DNA from: Emiliania huxleyi CCMP1516
Lineage: Eukaryota
Assembly: GCF_000372725.1 (NCBI RefSeq)
Contig: NW_005202428.1
Location: 2,079,119-2,143,118 of the forward strand
DNA length: 64,000 nt
Direction: 5' to 3'
Part shown: positions 49,401 through 61,441 of the stretch, one piece after another
How positions within the stretch are numbered: the first letter of the stretch is position 1
How the letters are laid out: each line of letters opens with the position of its first letter
The notes under the pieces: model-generated
The model's database searches: none
Told to the model about the DNA's origin: nothing
Seen by the model: only the letters and a program-made list of their open reading frames with translations
Made by a program: the position numbers and the translations under genes

Positions 49401-51554
49401 GCGGGGGGGGGGGGGGGGGGGCGCACGGCGTGGCCCCGTCGTAGGTCTTGGTCTGCCAATCATCGAAGACACCATCCTTCGAAGCCTGCTGCCAGGTGGA
49501 GCAGCACGCCTTGTCGTACCAGCCTGGCTCGGAGGGCGAGGAGGCGGGAGGGGCGGTCGGTGAGGGTGGGCGAGGGTGAGAGCCAGGCGCGTGGTATATG
49601 CACCCGGGCAGCCGCGGAAGCCCTCGTTGATGCCGTCGATGCTCGGGGCGAAGTCTTTGAAATAGTAGACGCCAGGGTCGGCGGTGTGTGCAGCTTGGAT
49701 CTTGGTCGAGACGACGGACCACCTGCAAGACATCAACAGGATTGGGGTGCGTGCGGTGTCGGCATGCCCCATTCGGCGGCGGTCTCAGGACGGGGAGGGA
49801 GGTGCTTCCACGTACATGAGCCAGACGGCAAAGCCCATGAGTAGGTTCGGGATGGAGGCCTAAAGGAAGGATCCGAGCAGGTTCGGAGAAAGAAGCGCAC
49901 AGGAGAGATGCCGACTGGCAGCCGGCCGCGCCCAGAGGTTGCGCGTTGCGATGTTGAGGCCCTCCTTTTCGTAGAAATCCTTGTCCTCGATGTCCCACTC
50001 CTGAGGCGGCGCAAATTCGAGTCGGGGCAGAGTGGGCAGCCGCGACTCTTGATATATGCGGCGCAAATTCGAGTCGGGGCAGGGTGGGCGGCCGCGACTC
50101 TTGATATATGCGGCGCCTCGAGAGTGATGCCTCCGGTCAGTGGCTGTGCTTTGCAGTGACCGAGCGACTTGGGGTTCTTTATCTGGTACTTGCCCGCTTC
50201 CTCTGCCCCCATGCTGAACCTGACGACACGAGAGCTGATTAGATTGAGAGCTGATTAGATGCGATGCGAGGGCGTTCGTCGAGACTGCGGCGGCGGCGAT
50301 GAGGGGTTTGGGGCTTGCTGCTATTGTGGCCACGGCGGTGGCGCTGGGGGGTGGCGGTGGCTGTGGTGGTGGTGGCTCGGTGGCGGTGGCGGTGGCGGTG
50401 GCGGTGGCGGCCATGGAAAGGCAGCGGGCATAGCCACACTTCTCTATCACGGGCTCATCTCCCTGCTCATCTCCCCAAACACGCACAAAAACAAAATAAG
50501 TTTCTGCATCACATTATGCGGCGGCGGTACGTCTTCGGTCCCCGCGGGAAGCCCCGCGCATAGGACAACAACGTCTGTCCCACACACGCACACACAGACA
50601 AAGAATTTTACAACAAAACTCCCTCGCACGACACTGGGCACGGCACGCAAGTCAGTCAGTCTTACACACCTCCAAGCATGGAGGACGGGCCCACACGCAC
50701 ACACACGCTGCACACGATTGGCTCAGGAGCCGACACGAGGCACACTGTCACCGGCCGTAGCACCAAGTCCGGACTGCTGGACACACAGCACACAGCTCAC
50801 AGAACAGCTCACGAGGTGGCGCTGTATAGTGGGGTTCTCAGGGACCGACACGGGAGAAGAAGGTGGAGCACAGGGACGGGGACACAGAACTCACGAACTG
50901 ATATCCCACCCCGCGCCGGGGGCGGTGGCGCGCGCGAGCGCCGGGGTATTTGGACCCGCAGTCTGGCAGGCGCCAGGCCACAGATCCGCCGGCGGAGCCT
51001 TGAGTCGCATCCGCGATCCGCGCCGGCTCTCAGAAGAGATCCGGCGCGGTGCTGGCCGCGTCCTCCTAGCCCACACGATCACCGAGTTCACGATGAAGGG
51101 AGGCCGATCGCAGAGACGGGAGAAGCAAGTGTCGCACTGCGGCATGCGGTACTCCTGCTGCAGCGCGCGCGCGGTGGTGAAGAGAGTGCGAGCCCTTGAG
51201 CCGGTGGCGTTGTCCATCGCCGGCGCGTGCGCGCCGGCCTTGAGGTGGGTATACGCCAGCAGCTAGCCCAGGGGCTGTGGCCCTGCGCGGGCGCAGGAAA
51301 TGCCGTGCGTGCCGGGGTCCAGCGGCCCCGCTCGGGGAGTTGAGGCGGCCGCCCGTGAGGAGATTACGGCACGCAAGAACGTGCAAGAAGAGAGTGAGAG
51401 AGCTACGGGACCGGCCCCAGCTTCGGCTGAGGGCTAACAAGCTGCCGAGCCCAAATCACTGTGAGGGTCTTGATTTCTTGTTGGTCTTCAAAAATCTCTC
51501 TCTCGGCACGCACAGACAAAGAAAACAGCGTCCGAAACCAAATCAGCGTCGCGT

Positions 51555-51655
51555 GGTGCATGCACATTATGTGCATGCACATGCACATGTGTCATGTGCA
51601 TCTCTCACATGCACATGCACATGTGCATGCACATGTGCATGTGCATGTGCATGTC
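51555..51655. repeat. Self-complementary (TGCACA/TGCATG)n alternating purine-pyrimidine repeat
   Basis: Read directly. Confidence 0.85.
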
Positions 51656-53589
51656 GGCTCGGGCTCCAGCCTACTTGACCCCGCCTGTCTGGGCTCTGGC
51701 AGGCCGCGCAGCGAAGCGACAATGGCAACCCCCCCCCCCCCCCAAAAAAAAACACACACACACCCTACCTACTACCACCACTACCAACACTACCAACACC
51801 GCCACCTGGACCAAACAAGCAAGGCCAGTTTGTTAGGTTAGGTTAGGAGAGATTGTAGGTTAGGTAGTAAGGTGAAGGAAGAACAGTCTGTCTGGCTCGG
51901 ACTGCGGGGACTGGGACATCACCGCGACAACAAAAAAAAATTCTTCTTTTCTCTCCAACGCGAAGAGATCTCTCTCTCCAAACGCGTTGGAGTTTGTTGT
52001 CTTGTAATGGGAGAGAGAGATTTTTAGCAATACCAAACAACTCTATAACACTTACACGTCATTTGTTTGTTTGGGGAGAGAGATTTTAGCAATACCAAAC
52101 AACTCTAACACTCACACGTCATGACTAATGTTGTGTGTTTTGTTTGTATGGGTGGACGCGGGTCAGAAGCCGACGACACGCGCGCGATCGCCGAGCGACA
52201 CACACACACAGACAACACACAAGCTCACAAGACACTCAGCCAGCTGGCCACACATCCCGAGTAAGCGTATACGGCGGCATCGCGTTGGAATGCGGAGATA
52301 GTAACTACTCTCTGTGGTGCCCCCTTTGGCACTTTACTCCTGTCCCGCGTGACCCTCTGTCTCACATGAGTTTCGTCCCACACTGGGCAAATCGGCCGAT
52401 TTCCCTCCCGCTAAATCATCACGGCCCCGTAACACCCTCCACGCGCGGTCAAAGGCTTCCCAGGGCCGGTCCATGACATGAACCGATAGACACAAGCAAA
52501 AAAAACCGCACCTCTAAGCTTATCGGGCACCCCGAGGCCCATACGGCGTCCCGGCGGGCCCCGGCGGAGGTCCGGCGCGGCGCTCCAAATCCGCACTTCG
52601 CGAGCTTCTACGGGAGTTCACGCGGCCTCTCCGCCTCGTGAGGCACACCCCACACCAACCACGAGCCCTGGGGCCGTGGGCGGACCTTTGGCCGCGGCGT
52701 CCGGAGCTTTAGTCGTCGAACATCGGCCGCCAACTAGGCCGTCGAGCGAACGTGTCCGGAGAGGCTCTCGGATGGGTCCGGCAGCGGTCCCATAGACCCA
52801 GAAGCTCGCCCCGGCGGAGCACTCACGGCTCGACCCCCGCCCCTGGTCACCCAGACGTGCCCTTGGACAGCCGTAGGGGCTCGCATGACGACGTTGGCGC
52901 CCGCGACGACGCCCTCCCCGACGACGTCGCATCTGGCAGACTACTCGGGCGCGGCGGCGCGGAGGATCACATGGTTTGGGACTCTGAGCGATGGCAGAGG
53001 CCTTTTACTGCAAACGAGGACGCCCCGCGAGGCCCCGTTGGCCGGGAGTGGTGAGTGGGACCATAAACAAGCACTATATCCCCTACCGCGACCAGCCCAC
53101 ACACAGCCCAAACCGCTGCCAAACCGGCCCTGGTCACGCAGGCGGGGAGGCTGCCGGGGCGCCCAAACAGTCCCTCACGAACGCCACACGGGCCACCACG
53201 GCCCGTCCGGCGGCCCGAGTGCCGCCCCACACCCGCCCGACGCCCTCGGCCAGCCAGCGCCCACTCTGAGAGGCTTCACCGCCGCCAGCGCGCCGAGCGC
53301 GCCGCCCTCTCCTCGCGCCACACGGGCCCCTGGCCGCACGCCCGAGAGGCGGCCCATAATTTGAGTCGAGACGCGCCGCCGGCCAGCNNNNNNNNNNNNN
53401 NNNNNNNNNNNNNNNNNNNNNNNNNNNNNNNNNNNNNNNNNNNNNNNNNNNNNNNNNNNNNNNNNNNNNNNNNNNNNNNNNNNNNNNGTCGAGCCTCGTT
53501 GCGTGTGCACCCTCGTAGATCGCGTGAAGGGTTGCTGTTGGTGCAGAGCGCCTCTGGTCACCATGACGTCGGTTTTGATGTCGTCGGCG

Positions 53590-54460
53590 CTCTCGGAGGC
53601 GGTGGTCTCGTGGGTGGCGGCGAGGGCGGCGGTGGCGAGGGAGGCGGCGGCGATGGCGGGGGCGGGCTTGGGGGCGGAGGGCTGGGCGGTGGTGGTGATG
53701 GTGGCGGAGGGCTGGGCGGCGGCGGGGATGGTGGCGGAGGCGACGGCGGCGGCGGCGACGGCGGAGGCGGGCTTGGCGGGGGCGGGGAGGGCGGTGGTGG
53801 CGAGGGAGGTGGTGGCGATGGCGGCGGCGGTGATGGCGGCGGCCGCGACGGAGGGGGCGGTGAGGGCGGCGGCGGAGAGGGAGGCGGCGGCGATGGCGGA
53901 GGCGGCGAGGGAGGAGGGGGTGAGGGCGGGGGCGCGGCTTGGTGGCGGAGGGCTCGGCGGCGGAGGCGATGGAGGAGGCGGGGAAGGCGGAGGGGGCGAC
54001 GGCGGCGGGGGCGATGGAGGGGGCGGCGAGGGCGGTGGCGGTGACGGGGGCGGCGGCGACGGCGGCGGTGGGGATGGCGGCGGGGGGGAAGGTGGCGGGG
54101 GCGAGGGCGGCGTGCTCGCGACGGCGGCGCCGAGTCGCCCCGAGCGGAGCACGGCCAAAGGTCTGAGACGCGGGGAGGGCGGGGCGGGAGGTCGTCGTGG
54201 GGGCGTGGAGGCGCGGAGGCGGCGTGCGGGGACGCGCGGAGGGCGGCGGTGGTGTGTGGGAAGTGGGCGAGGGAGAGCTGAGGCGGCCGGCGGTGGTGGC
54301 GGGAGCAGCGGAGGCGACGGCGTCGGAGGGGGTGGGGGGGAGGGAAACGGCGGCGGCTGTGGCGGAGACAGCGGCAGCGGCGGTGGCGAGGGCCTAGCCT
54401 GAGGGGGAGGGGGTGGGGGAGGGGATGAGGACGGTGAGGGCGGCTGGGGCGGCCGGGAAG
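53590..54460 (-). repeat. Second extensin-like (Ser-Pro4)n array with a frame change
   Basis: ORFs 53175-54485 and 53558-54562 each carry SPPPP runs. Confidence 0.8.
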
Positions 54461-55711
54461 GCAACACAGGCGAGGCGCGGCGCACCTCAAACTCGAGCGA
54501 GTAGCGGGAATATCACCCGCTGCTCCGGCGGGAGATTGCTCCCCCGCCGCCCCCTGGGTCACCCCGAGTGACCTCGCAGCCCACGCCGTGAGGCGCTGCT
54601 GTCAGAGGGGTTTATCACCGCCGTATCAACCCCACACTGGCCGCCGAGGGGCCCGGCGGGCTGAGGCGCGCGAGGCGGCTTTTGCTCCCGCGGGGCGGCT
54701 CTACCCGTCTCAGCACGGCGTCCCGAGGTGTAGCCGTGTACCTGGCGGCAGGGCCATCACTCACGCGCCTACTCGCGGCACGAGGGAAGGTGTGACGCGA
54801 CCGCGAGAGGCGAGATGGGTGATGGCGAGACAGTCGTTTGGCCCGTTTGAGGCTGAAAGGATGACCGCGGACGATGAGGGCGACGATTCATCGCGGCTAC
54901 TGAGCAGGCAAGGTCCGGACCTACAGGATGGAGGGGCGAGTAGTGAGACTCGGGACCATATCTTCGCGTCGAGAGACGAAAATCCGGATTGTTGGCGCCA
55001 GCCGCCGCCGGCCGCCGAACGTCACTTAAGGGAACTGCGCGACGACGACGACATTTCTGAGGTGGAGCGTTCACCACCGCCCTTCCCATGGTGTTTGCCG
55101 GTCGGGGGGGCGTCGGCAGCACCGCCGTTCCGCGCGGATGTTGCAAACGGTGGCTCGGGGCACCTATCTCGGCAGCCCCGGGGCGGGAGCCGAGGAGGGG
55201 CAGCCGTTGCGGTGGCGCCATCGCAGCTCGGCGGCGCGTGGGGAGCCGAGCGGCTCCCAGCGATCCCGCGAGAGAAGGGCCCGCATCCGTCCCGGATGCC
55301 GCGCCCACGCTGCCCGACGCAAGCGCCAGATGGGAGAGGAGGTTGGCAGCCTTTCTGCGCTTCGAGGTGCAAGAGAGAACTTGTCGCCCTTTGTATTTAG
55401 CGGGAGGAAGCCAGGTGGGGTTTAGCCCATTCTGCCCTCGATTGTGTGTGTCACGCGCCTCCTCCTAGTTCGGTTCTGCCGAACTGCGGTCGTATCGTAG
55501 CTCTCTTTCTGCTCTTGTTTGTACTTGGCCTATACTCTCGGCCTCCTCCGCGCGCCGCCGGGCGCGAGTGGGAGCCCTCGTGCTCCCGCAATCAAAGTAG
55601 CCGGGAAAGACCCCATCAACAGGGGCCAAAACCCACTCATCACGGGCAGGCGTTGCTTCGGTGCCCACCGCCGCGACGCCGCACCGGAGCAGAAGCACCG
55701 GAGCAGAAGCC

Positions 55712-57741
55712 ATGCCCTCCGAGCCCTCCGAGAGAGAGCTGCAGGCCTTCTGCTTCACCGTGCTGCAGCGGCAGCCGCCAGCGAGGCGCGTCGACCTGCT
55801 CTCCGTCGCCTCGCAGCCGTGGGCGGCGGCGCTGCGCCAGCTGCAGCGGGTGGCGGCGGCAGCCGCCCACCGCGGCATCTTCTTCAGCGTCGACGAGGCG
55901 TCTGGCGCACGCGCGAGTGGGCTACGGAGCAAAACGCGGCCGGAGGGCAGCAGGCTCCCGCAGCTCGCGACTACATTTGTGCACCCATCGATGGGTTCCG
56001 CCGGGCTGGTCGACCGCTGGCCCGACTCGGCGGGCGAGGCGGCGCAGCGCGCGGCCGAGGCGCGGCTCCTCTCCACGATCCGGCTCAGCGACGGCGTCGT
56101 CGTCCTCACCGAGGAGTCTGTCTCCTCGGACGCGGCGCTGCGGGCGACGTGGCAGGCGCTGCTGCTCCTCTCGCACTCGCGGTTCGCCTCTGCGCCCTCG
56201 AAGTGGTCCATCGGACCCGCCGCGGCGGCGGCCGCGGCGCTGCCGCTCGCCCGCTGGTTCGAGAAGGCCGGCTGGTTCTCGCTCGGCGCGTGGGTTGCCT
56301 CGCGGCTGGACGTCGCCCTCACGAGGTTATGCCTCCGGGACGCCTCTGGGCCCTCTGCCACTCCTCCGCCACTCCTCCACGGCCAGTCTGCGCCCTCCCT
56401 CCCTCCCTCTCACGCCCTCCCTCGCCTCCTCCGCCAGCGGCATCCTCACCCTCCACGCGGGAGGTGCGCCTGCCGGGACAGGGGCCGCCGGGACAGAGAG
56501 AGTCCCGACATCGAGCCGAGATGCAGCCGAGATGCAGCCGAGGTGCAGCCGAGATGCAGCCGAGATGCAGCCGAGGTGCAGCCGAGGTGCAGCCGAGGTG
56601 CAGCCGAGATGCAGCCGAGGTGCAGCCGAGGTGCAGCCGAGATGCAGCCGAGATGCAGCCGAGATGCAGCCGAGGTGCAGCCGAGATGTAGCCAGGCTGT
56701 CCGGCGGTAGGCGCGCCCGCCCGCGCGCCGCGGCCGCGGCCCGACTGGTGGAAGGCGGTGCCGTGGCGGCGGAGGCTGCAGGCGCTGCGCGTTGCCGCCG
56801 CCGCGCTCCGCGAGGCGCTCGGCCAGCGGGAGCGCGTGCGCTCGGTGATGCGAGCTAGCCAGGGCGGAGGCGGTAACGCCGGAGGCGGCGGCGGCGGAGG
56901 CGGCAACGGCGGCGGCGGCAACGGCGGCGGCGGCCTTCCACCCTCGCTCGACAGCCTCCGCGAGCTGGCCTGCGCCCTCGGCGCCACAGGCGACGGCGCC
57001 CCGTCCGAGGGGGCCGCGGCCAGCGAGCGCCGCGGCGGGATCCTCCGCGCCCTCGCTTTGGGTCTGCACGGCGGCGGCGCGCGGTTCCTGGCGGAGGTGT
57101 ACGAGCGGCCGCTGTGGCTGGTCGCGACGCCGAGCGACAAGGCGCTCACGAGGCTCGGCCGCACACTGCTCGCGTGGCACGCAGACTCGGTGGGGGAGGC
57201 GCTCGTGCGCGAGGAGGCGGCGGCGGCGGAGGCGGTGGCAGCGGCTGCGGCGGCGGAGGCCGCAGCGGCGGCGGAGGCGGCGGAGGTGGCGCGGCGGGGG
57301 GAGGGGCAGCGCAGCTCTGAGCGGGCCGTGGCCGCGGGAGCGAGCGACGAGAGCGACGAGGTGGGAAGCGCTGCGAGCGAGGCTGCAAGTGAGGAGTTGA
57401 GCTGCGGCGACGAGGCGGAGGGGGAGGCTTGCGCGGCGGCACCGGAGGGGGGTGGCGCAGAGTCAGACACGGGAGGCAGGGCGTGGTCTCCGCGCGAGAC
57501 GAGCGGCGTGTCGGCGGGCGCAGGGGCGGAGGCGGAGGAGGAGGAGGCGGGAGGGGCGGCGGACGCGGCGGAGGAGAGGTGGGAGGAGGACGATTTGCCC
57601 CCTCCGCTGCCGCCGCCGCGCCAACGGCCGGCGCCCCACCGGGCAGAGGCGCTGCATGCCCCTCCTCCGCTCGCCCTCGACTCGCTCAGCCTGCAGCTGC
57701 GGACGCTGCTGGAGGCGCAGTCTCCAGCCCCATCAACGGCT

Positions 57742-57776
<35 letters not shown>

Positions 57777-60700
57777 CGACCCGATCCTGGCGCCACCCGA
57801 GGGGGGCGTCACGGCAGGGAGCATCGGCAGCGGCGAGCCGTCGCCGCCGCTGCTGCGCGCGTATTCCGAGGGGACCGGAGGCGGCACGGGTTGCCGCGCG
57901 GCGCGCGACGGCGAGCTGGGCAGCCGTCAGCGGCTGCGGTACGCAGACGTGCTCACCACGCCGCGTCGGAGGATGGCCGGAGCCCCGGCTGCGCGTCGGC
58001 CGCGCGCCGCTGCATTGGACGAGAGCCCGCTGAGCGACGACGGCTGCTGCAGCTGCCGGCCGCGGGTGGCGGCGGAGAGGGCAGGGCCGTGCGACGGGGG
58101 GCGGGCCGCCCTGTCGGCGCGCGGCGAGGAGACCGATTGCGCGGCCCAGTACGACAGCGGAGGCGGCGGCTCCGCCGTCCGGCACCGCGAGGCGCGGGTC
58201 ACGGCCTGACGAGCGCTCCACCGAGACGGACCGAGATGGACCGAGGTTGACCGAGGTTAGGCGCGGCCGCGGTCGGCCGAGCGCTCCGCCTGCCGCCGGG
58301 ACGCCAAGCAAGGCGCGAGCCCGTGCGGCCTCGCCTCGATTGGCTCGCCACCCGCCCAGAGCAGCCCCGGCGGCGTCGCCGGCGGCTCCGGCCGCGGGCG
58401 TGCTCCCGCGCTGTCGCCGTCGGGCGTCACGGGCGCGAGGCAGGGGCACTCAGATGCGGAGGACACGTCCTTTCCGTCTGGCGAGCACCCTGGAAGCCAC
58501 ACCGTACTCGACTGCACTCCACTCTACTCAAGCCGGGTGCCCATGCAACATGTACATGTACTCCACTGCACTCAGCTGCACTCGATTCGTATGCACTACC
58601 CTCGCGAGGCCTCGTGGTAGCCTGCTCTCGCACCTGCTCGCGTAGGCAGGGGCACCCCTCGCCGGCGGCCACCACCAGCTCGCTGCCGTCGCCACTCCGC
58701 CTCCCCCTCTCGCTGGCGTCGGAGGCCCTCCCGCCCTCGCTGGCGGCGGAGCCGCTCGCCCCGCGCTGCCTTGCCCGGCACGACGCCACGACGCAGACCG
58801 AGTCGCCGCTGCCGGGCGGCTGCGGCGAGCCGGACACGGACGGCCGAGCGGCGGCGGCGAGGCGAGTGGCGGAGGCGACGGCGGCGGCGCACGCTTGCTG
58901 CCGCACTTGCTCGTGCGGCGGGCCCGCGTCGAGCGCGGCGTCTGCTCATTTTGGCGCCGCTGGAGGCGTGGAGGTGGGCAGTGCCGCCACCGGCTGCAGT
59001 CAGCTTGGGGGAGGCGCCGCCGCCGCCGCTGCCGCCGCGGCGGCGGCGGCCGCCGCCGAGAACGCGACGCTGCGTGCGGCGGTGGCGAGGCTCGAGGCGG
59101 AGGTGGTCTCTCTATCCGGCACGCTCGGTGGGCAGCTGCCCCTGCTCGGCACCTGCGCCGGCGGGCTGGCTGGTGGCCTTTCGCCGGCGTGCAGCTGGAA
59201 GGGCGCGAGCGTCCCCTCCTCCGCCGTCGCCGCGAGCGTCCCGCCCGCGCTCGCCCCCCCGGCGTCGTGTCAGCTCTCGCTCGCGGCGGCGCGCCTCTCC
59301 GCCACCGCGGCGCACATCGCTCAGCTCGCCGCCACCGCCGCCGCCGCGCCGCTCGACGCCTTCTACGCCGCGCTCTCGGACGACATCGCCGCCTTCGAGG
59401 CGCACTGCTCGCAGGAGCGGCTGCGGCACGAGACGGCGCATGTGGCCGCCATCGCAAAGGTGCGTTCGGCGGTCAACTTGCTCTGGCCGCGGGCGCAGGT
59501 GCGGCCCTTTGGCTCGTACGCCACCGGCCTGATGCGGCCCGGCTCCGACATCGACCTCGTCGTCTCGCTCCCGCAAGTGCGGACGACCAAGGCGATGCCG
59601 GACGCGCCTGGCGCCCTCGAGGGGCGCAACGCAATCCCCAAGGACACGTGGCACGCGTCGCTCGCGCGCTGCCTGCTCCACCAGGCGTGGGTCATCGCCG
59701 ACACCGTGCGCGTCGTCCCGGCAAAGGTGCCGATCGTCTCGTTCGCCACGCGCTACACGGTCGGCGGCGGCGCGCCCTTGCGGCTCGACGTCTCCTTCGA
59801 GTCGGCGCTACACCTCGGCCTCTACACCAACGACTTTGTCCACGCGGCGCTGCGCGAGCACCCGCCGCTCCGGCCGCTGCTCCTCGTGCTCAAGCACTTC
59901 CTCGCGCGACGCTCCCTCGACAAGCCCTACCTCGGCGGCCTCTCCGCCTACGGCCTCCTCCTCCTCGTGCTGCGCTTTCTGCAGGCGCTCGACGCGGCGC
60001 CGCCCGAGGGGGGCGCGCTGCGCTCGCTGGGCGGCATCTTTGCGCGCCTGCTCCACTTTTACGGCACCGTCTTTGACCCCACCGTCACCGGAGTGGCGGT
60101 CTCGTGCAACGGGCGGCTGGGCGAGCCTGCGACCCGTGGCCGCTCAGCTCGTCGAGTGGGTTAGCTCACAGGGCGGGCGCCGACTGAGTAGGCGAGTTTG
60201 TGGCGCGCAACCGCGGCGGCGCGCCCAGCCCGTGGCCGGTCCCGCAGGCGGCGCATTCCCCCGCAAACCCGCGCGCGCAGCCCCCGCCGCTCTCGTCGCT
60301 CGTAGCGGCGTCACCGACGCTCAGCACGACAACAATCGGCACGGCAGCGGCCGCCGTCCCCGCTGTCCCTCCCGCGGCGGGCGACCCTCCCGCCCCTATG
60401 CCCGCCCCTCTGCTCTCCAGCTCGCCCCTCGGCCCCAAGAGGGAGGGGGGCGCGGCCGAGGCGCAGGCCGGTCCGACGGCGGGCGGCGCAGAGACGCCCG
60501 CGCGGCCGCCGAGCAGCGCGGGCGTCGGCGGCGGCGGCGGAGGAGGAGGAGGAGGAGGAGGGGGAGCGCGGCGGCGGCCCGCCTCGGAGGCGGGCGACTG
60601 GAGCCCTGCCCTGGACCTGCTGGAGATGGGCGGGTCGCAGCGGCCCCGACCGGCGGAGGTCGGCTGTGGCGTTGGGCTCACGCGCACCGGGTCGGGGCTC

Positions 60701-61105
60701 GGGCTCGGCGTCCCGATCCCATGGGGCGGCGGTCACGGGAGTGCCGGCCGGCCGCGGCCGAGCAGCGGCGGCGCGTCGCGCACCTTTGACCAGAAGTTCT
60801 GGTTCGATCCGCTCTACATTGAGGACCCGCTGCGCGAGGACAACAACGTGGGCCGCAACTGCTTCCGCGTGCGCATCATCCAGCAGGAGCTCGCGCGCGC
60901 CGCCAACGTCGTCGCGCAGCTCTCGGCCACAGTGGGCACGGTCGGGGGAGTGGTGAGGAGGGGGTGGGCCGACGTTGCCGCTGAGTCCACGGGCGAAGTC
61001 CCCCATGGAGGCAGTGCTCCGGCAGGGTACGCGCTCGAGCAGACCTTCCCGCTGCTCTCGCAGGTCTTTAGCACCCACCAGCAGCCGCCGGCCGTGAGTA
61101 CGTAG
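55712..61105 (+). CDS. Non-canonical poly(A) polymerase/nucleotidyltransferase (TRF4/PAPD5 family, plant MEE44-like), multi-exon
   Basis: FGSYATGL..PGSDIDLVV, KVPIV, LRLDVSF, LVLKHFL..RSLDKPYLGGLSAY, LYIEDPL...NNVGRNCFR; N-terminal WF...GW.SL..WVASRLDVAL recalls plant MEE44. Confidence 0.9.
56515..56695. repeat. Intronic 11-bp tandem repeat (GCCGAG[A/G]TGCA)n
   Basis: Read directly. Confidence 0.92.
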
Positions 61106-61441
61106 TCCTAGTGATCTGTGATCTGTGAGGGTCCGCCCGCAGGCGCATTTTGTATACCGAGGCGGTGCCCAGTCGTAGAGATCGGCAGGTTGTCTACTGT
61201 AAAGAAAAGAAAGAAAACGGAAAACCCAAGGGAGTTGTCTGGGAGCTGGGATTTCTCTACTAAGAAAGAAAGAAAACAGACAACCCAAGGGAGGGATGGG
61301 AGGACGGCACGCCGCCACCACACAGGGATTTTAAGGAGAGGTGTGTGGTGCGCTATCCGTCGCCCACCCTAGGGAGTCTGGGATTTCTCTACTGCAATAG
61401 AGAAAGCCGACGTTTTCTTCATTCTTGCCTGGCGTGCCCAG

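Noticed and set aside
50891..51340. GTHGISCARAG as a LINE zinc-knuckle remnant
   Set aside because: A single weak motif with no supporting neighbours.
51833..51865. TTAGG telomere-like repeats
   Set aside because: Only three to four units; no sign of a chromosome end.
35205..52119. Inverted 23-bp pair as TIRs of a 17-kb element
   Set aside because: No TSD, the motif recurs elsewhere and the interval holds ordinary intron-rich genes.
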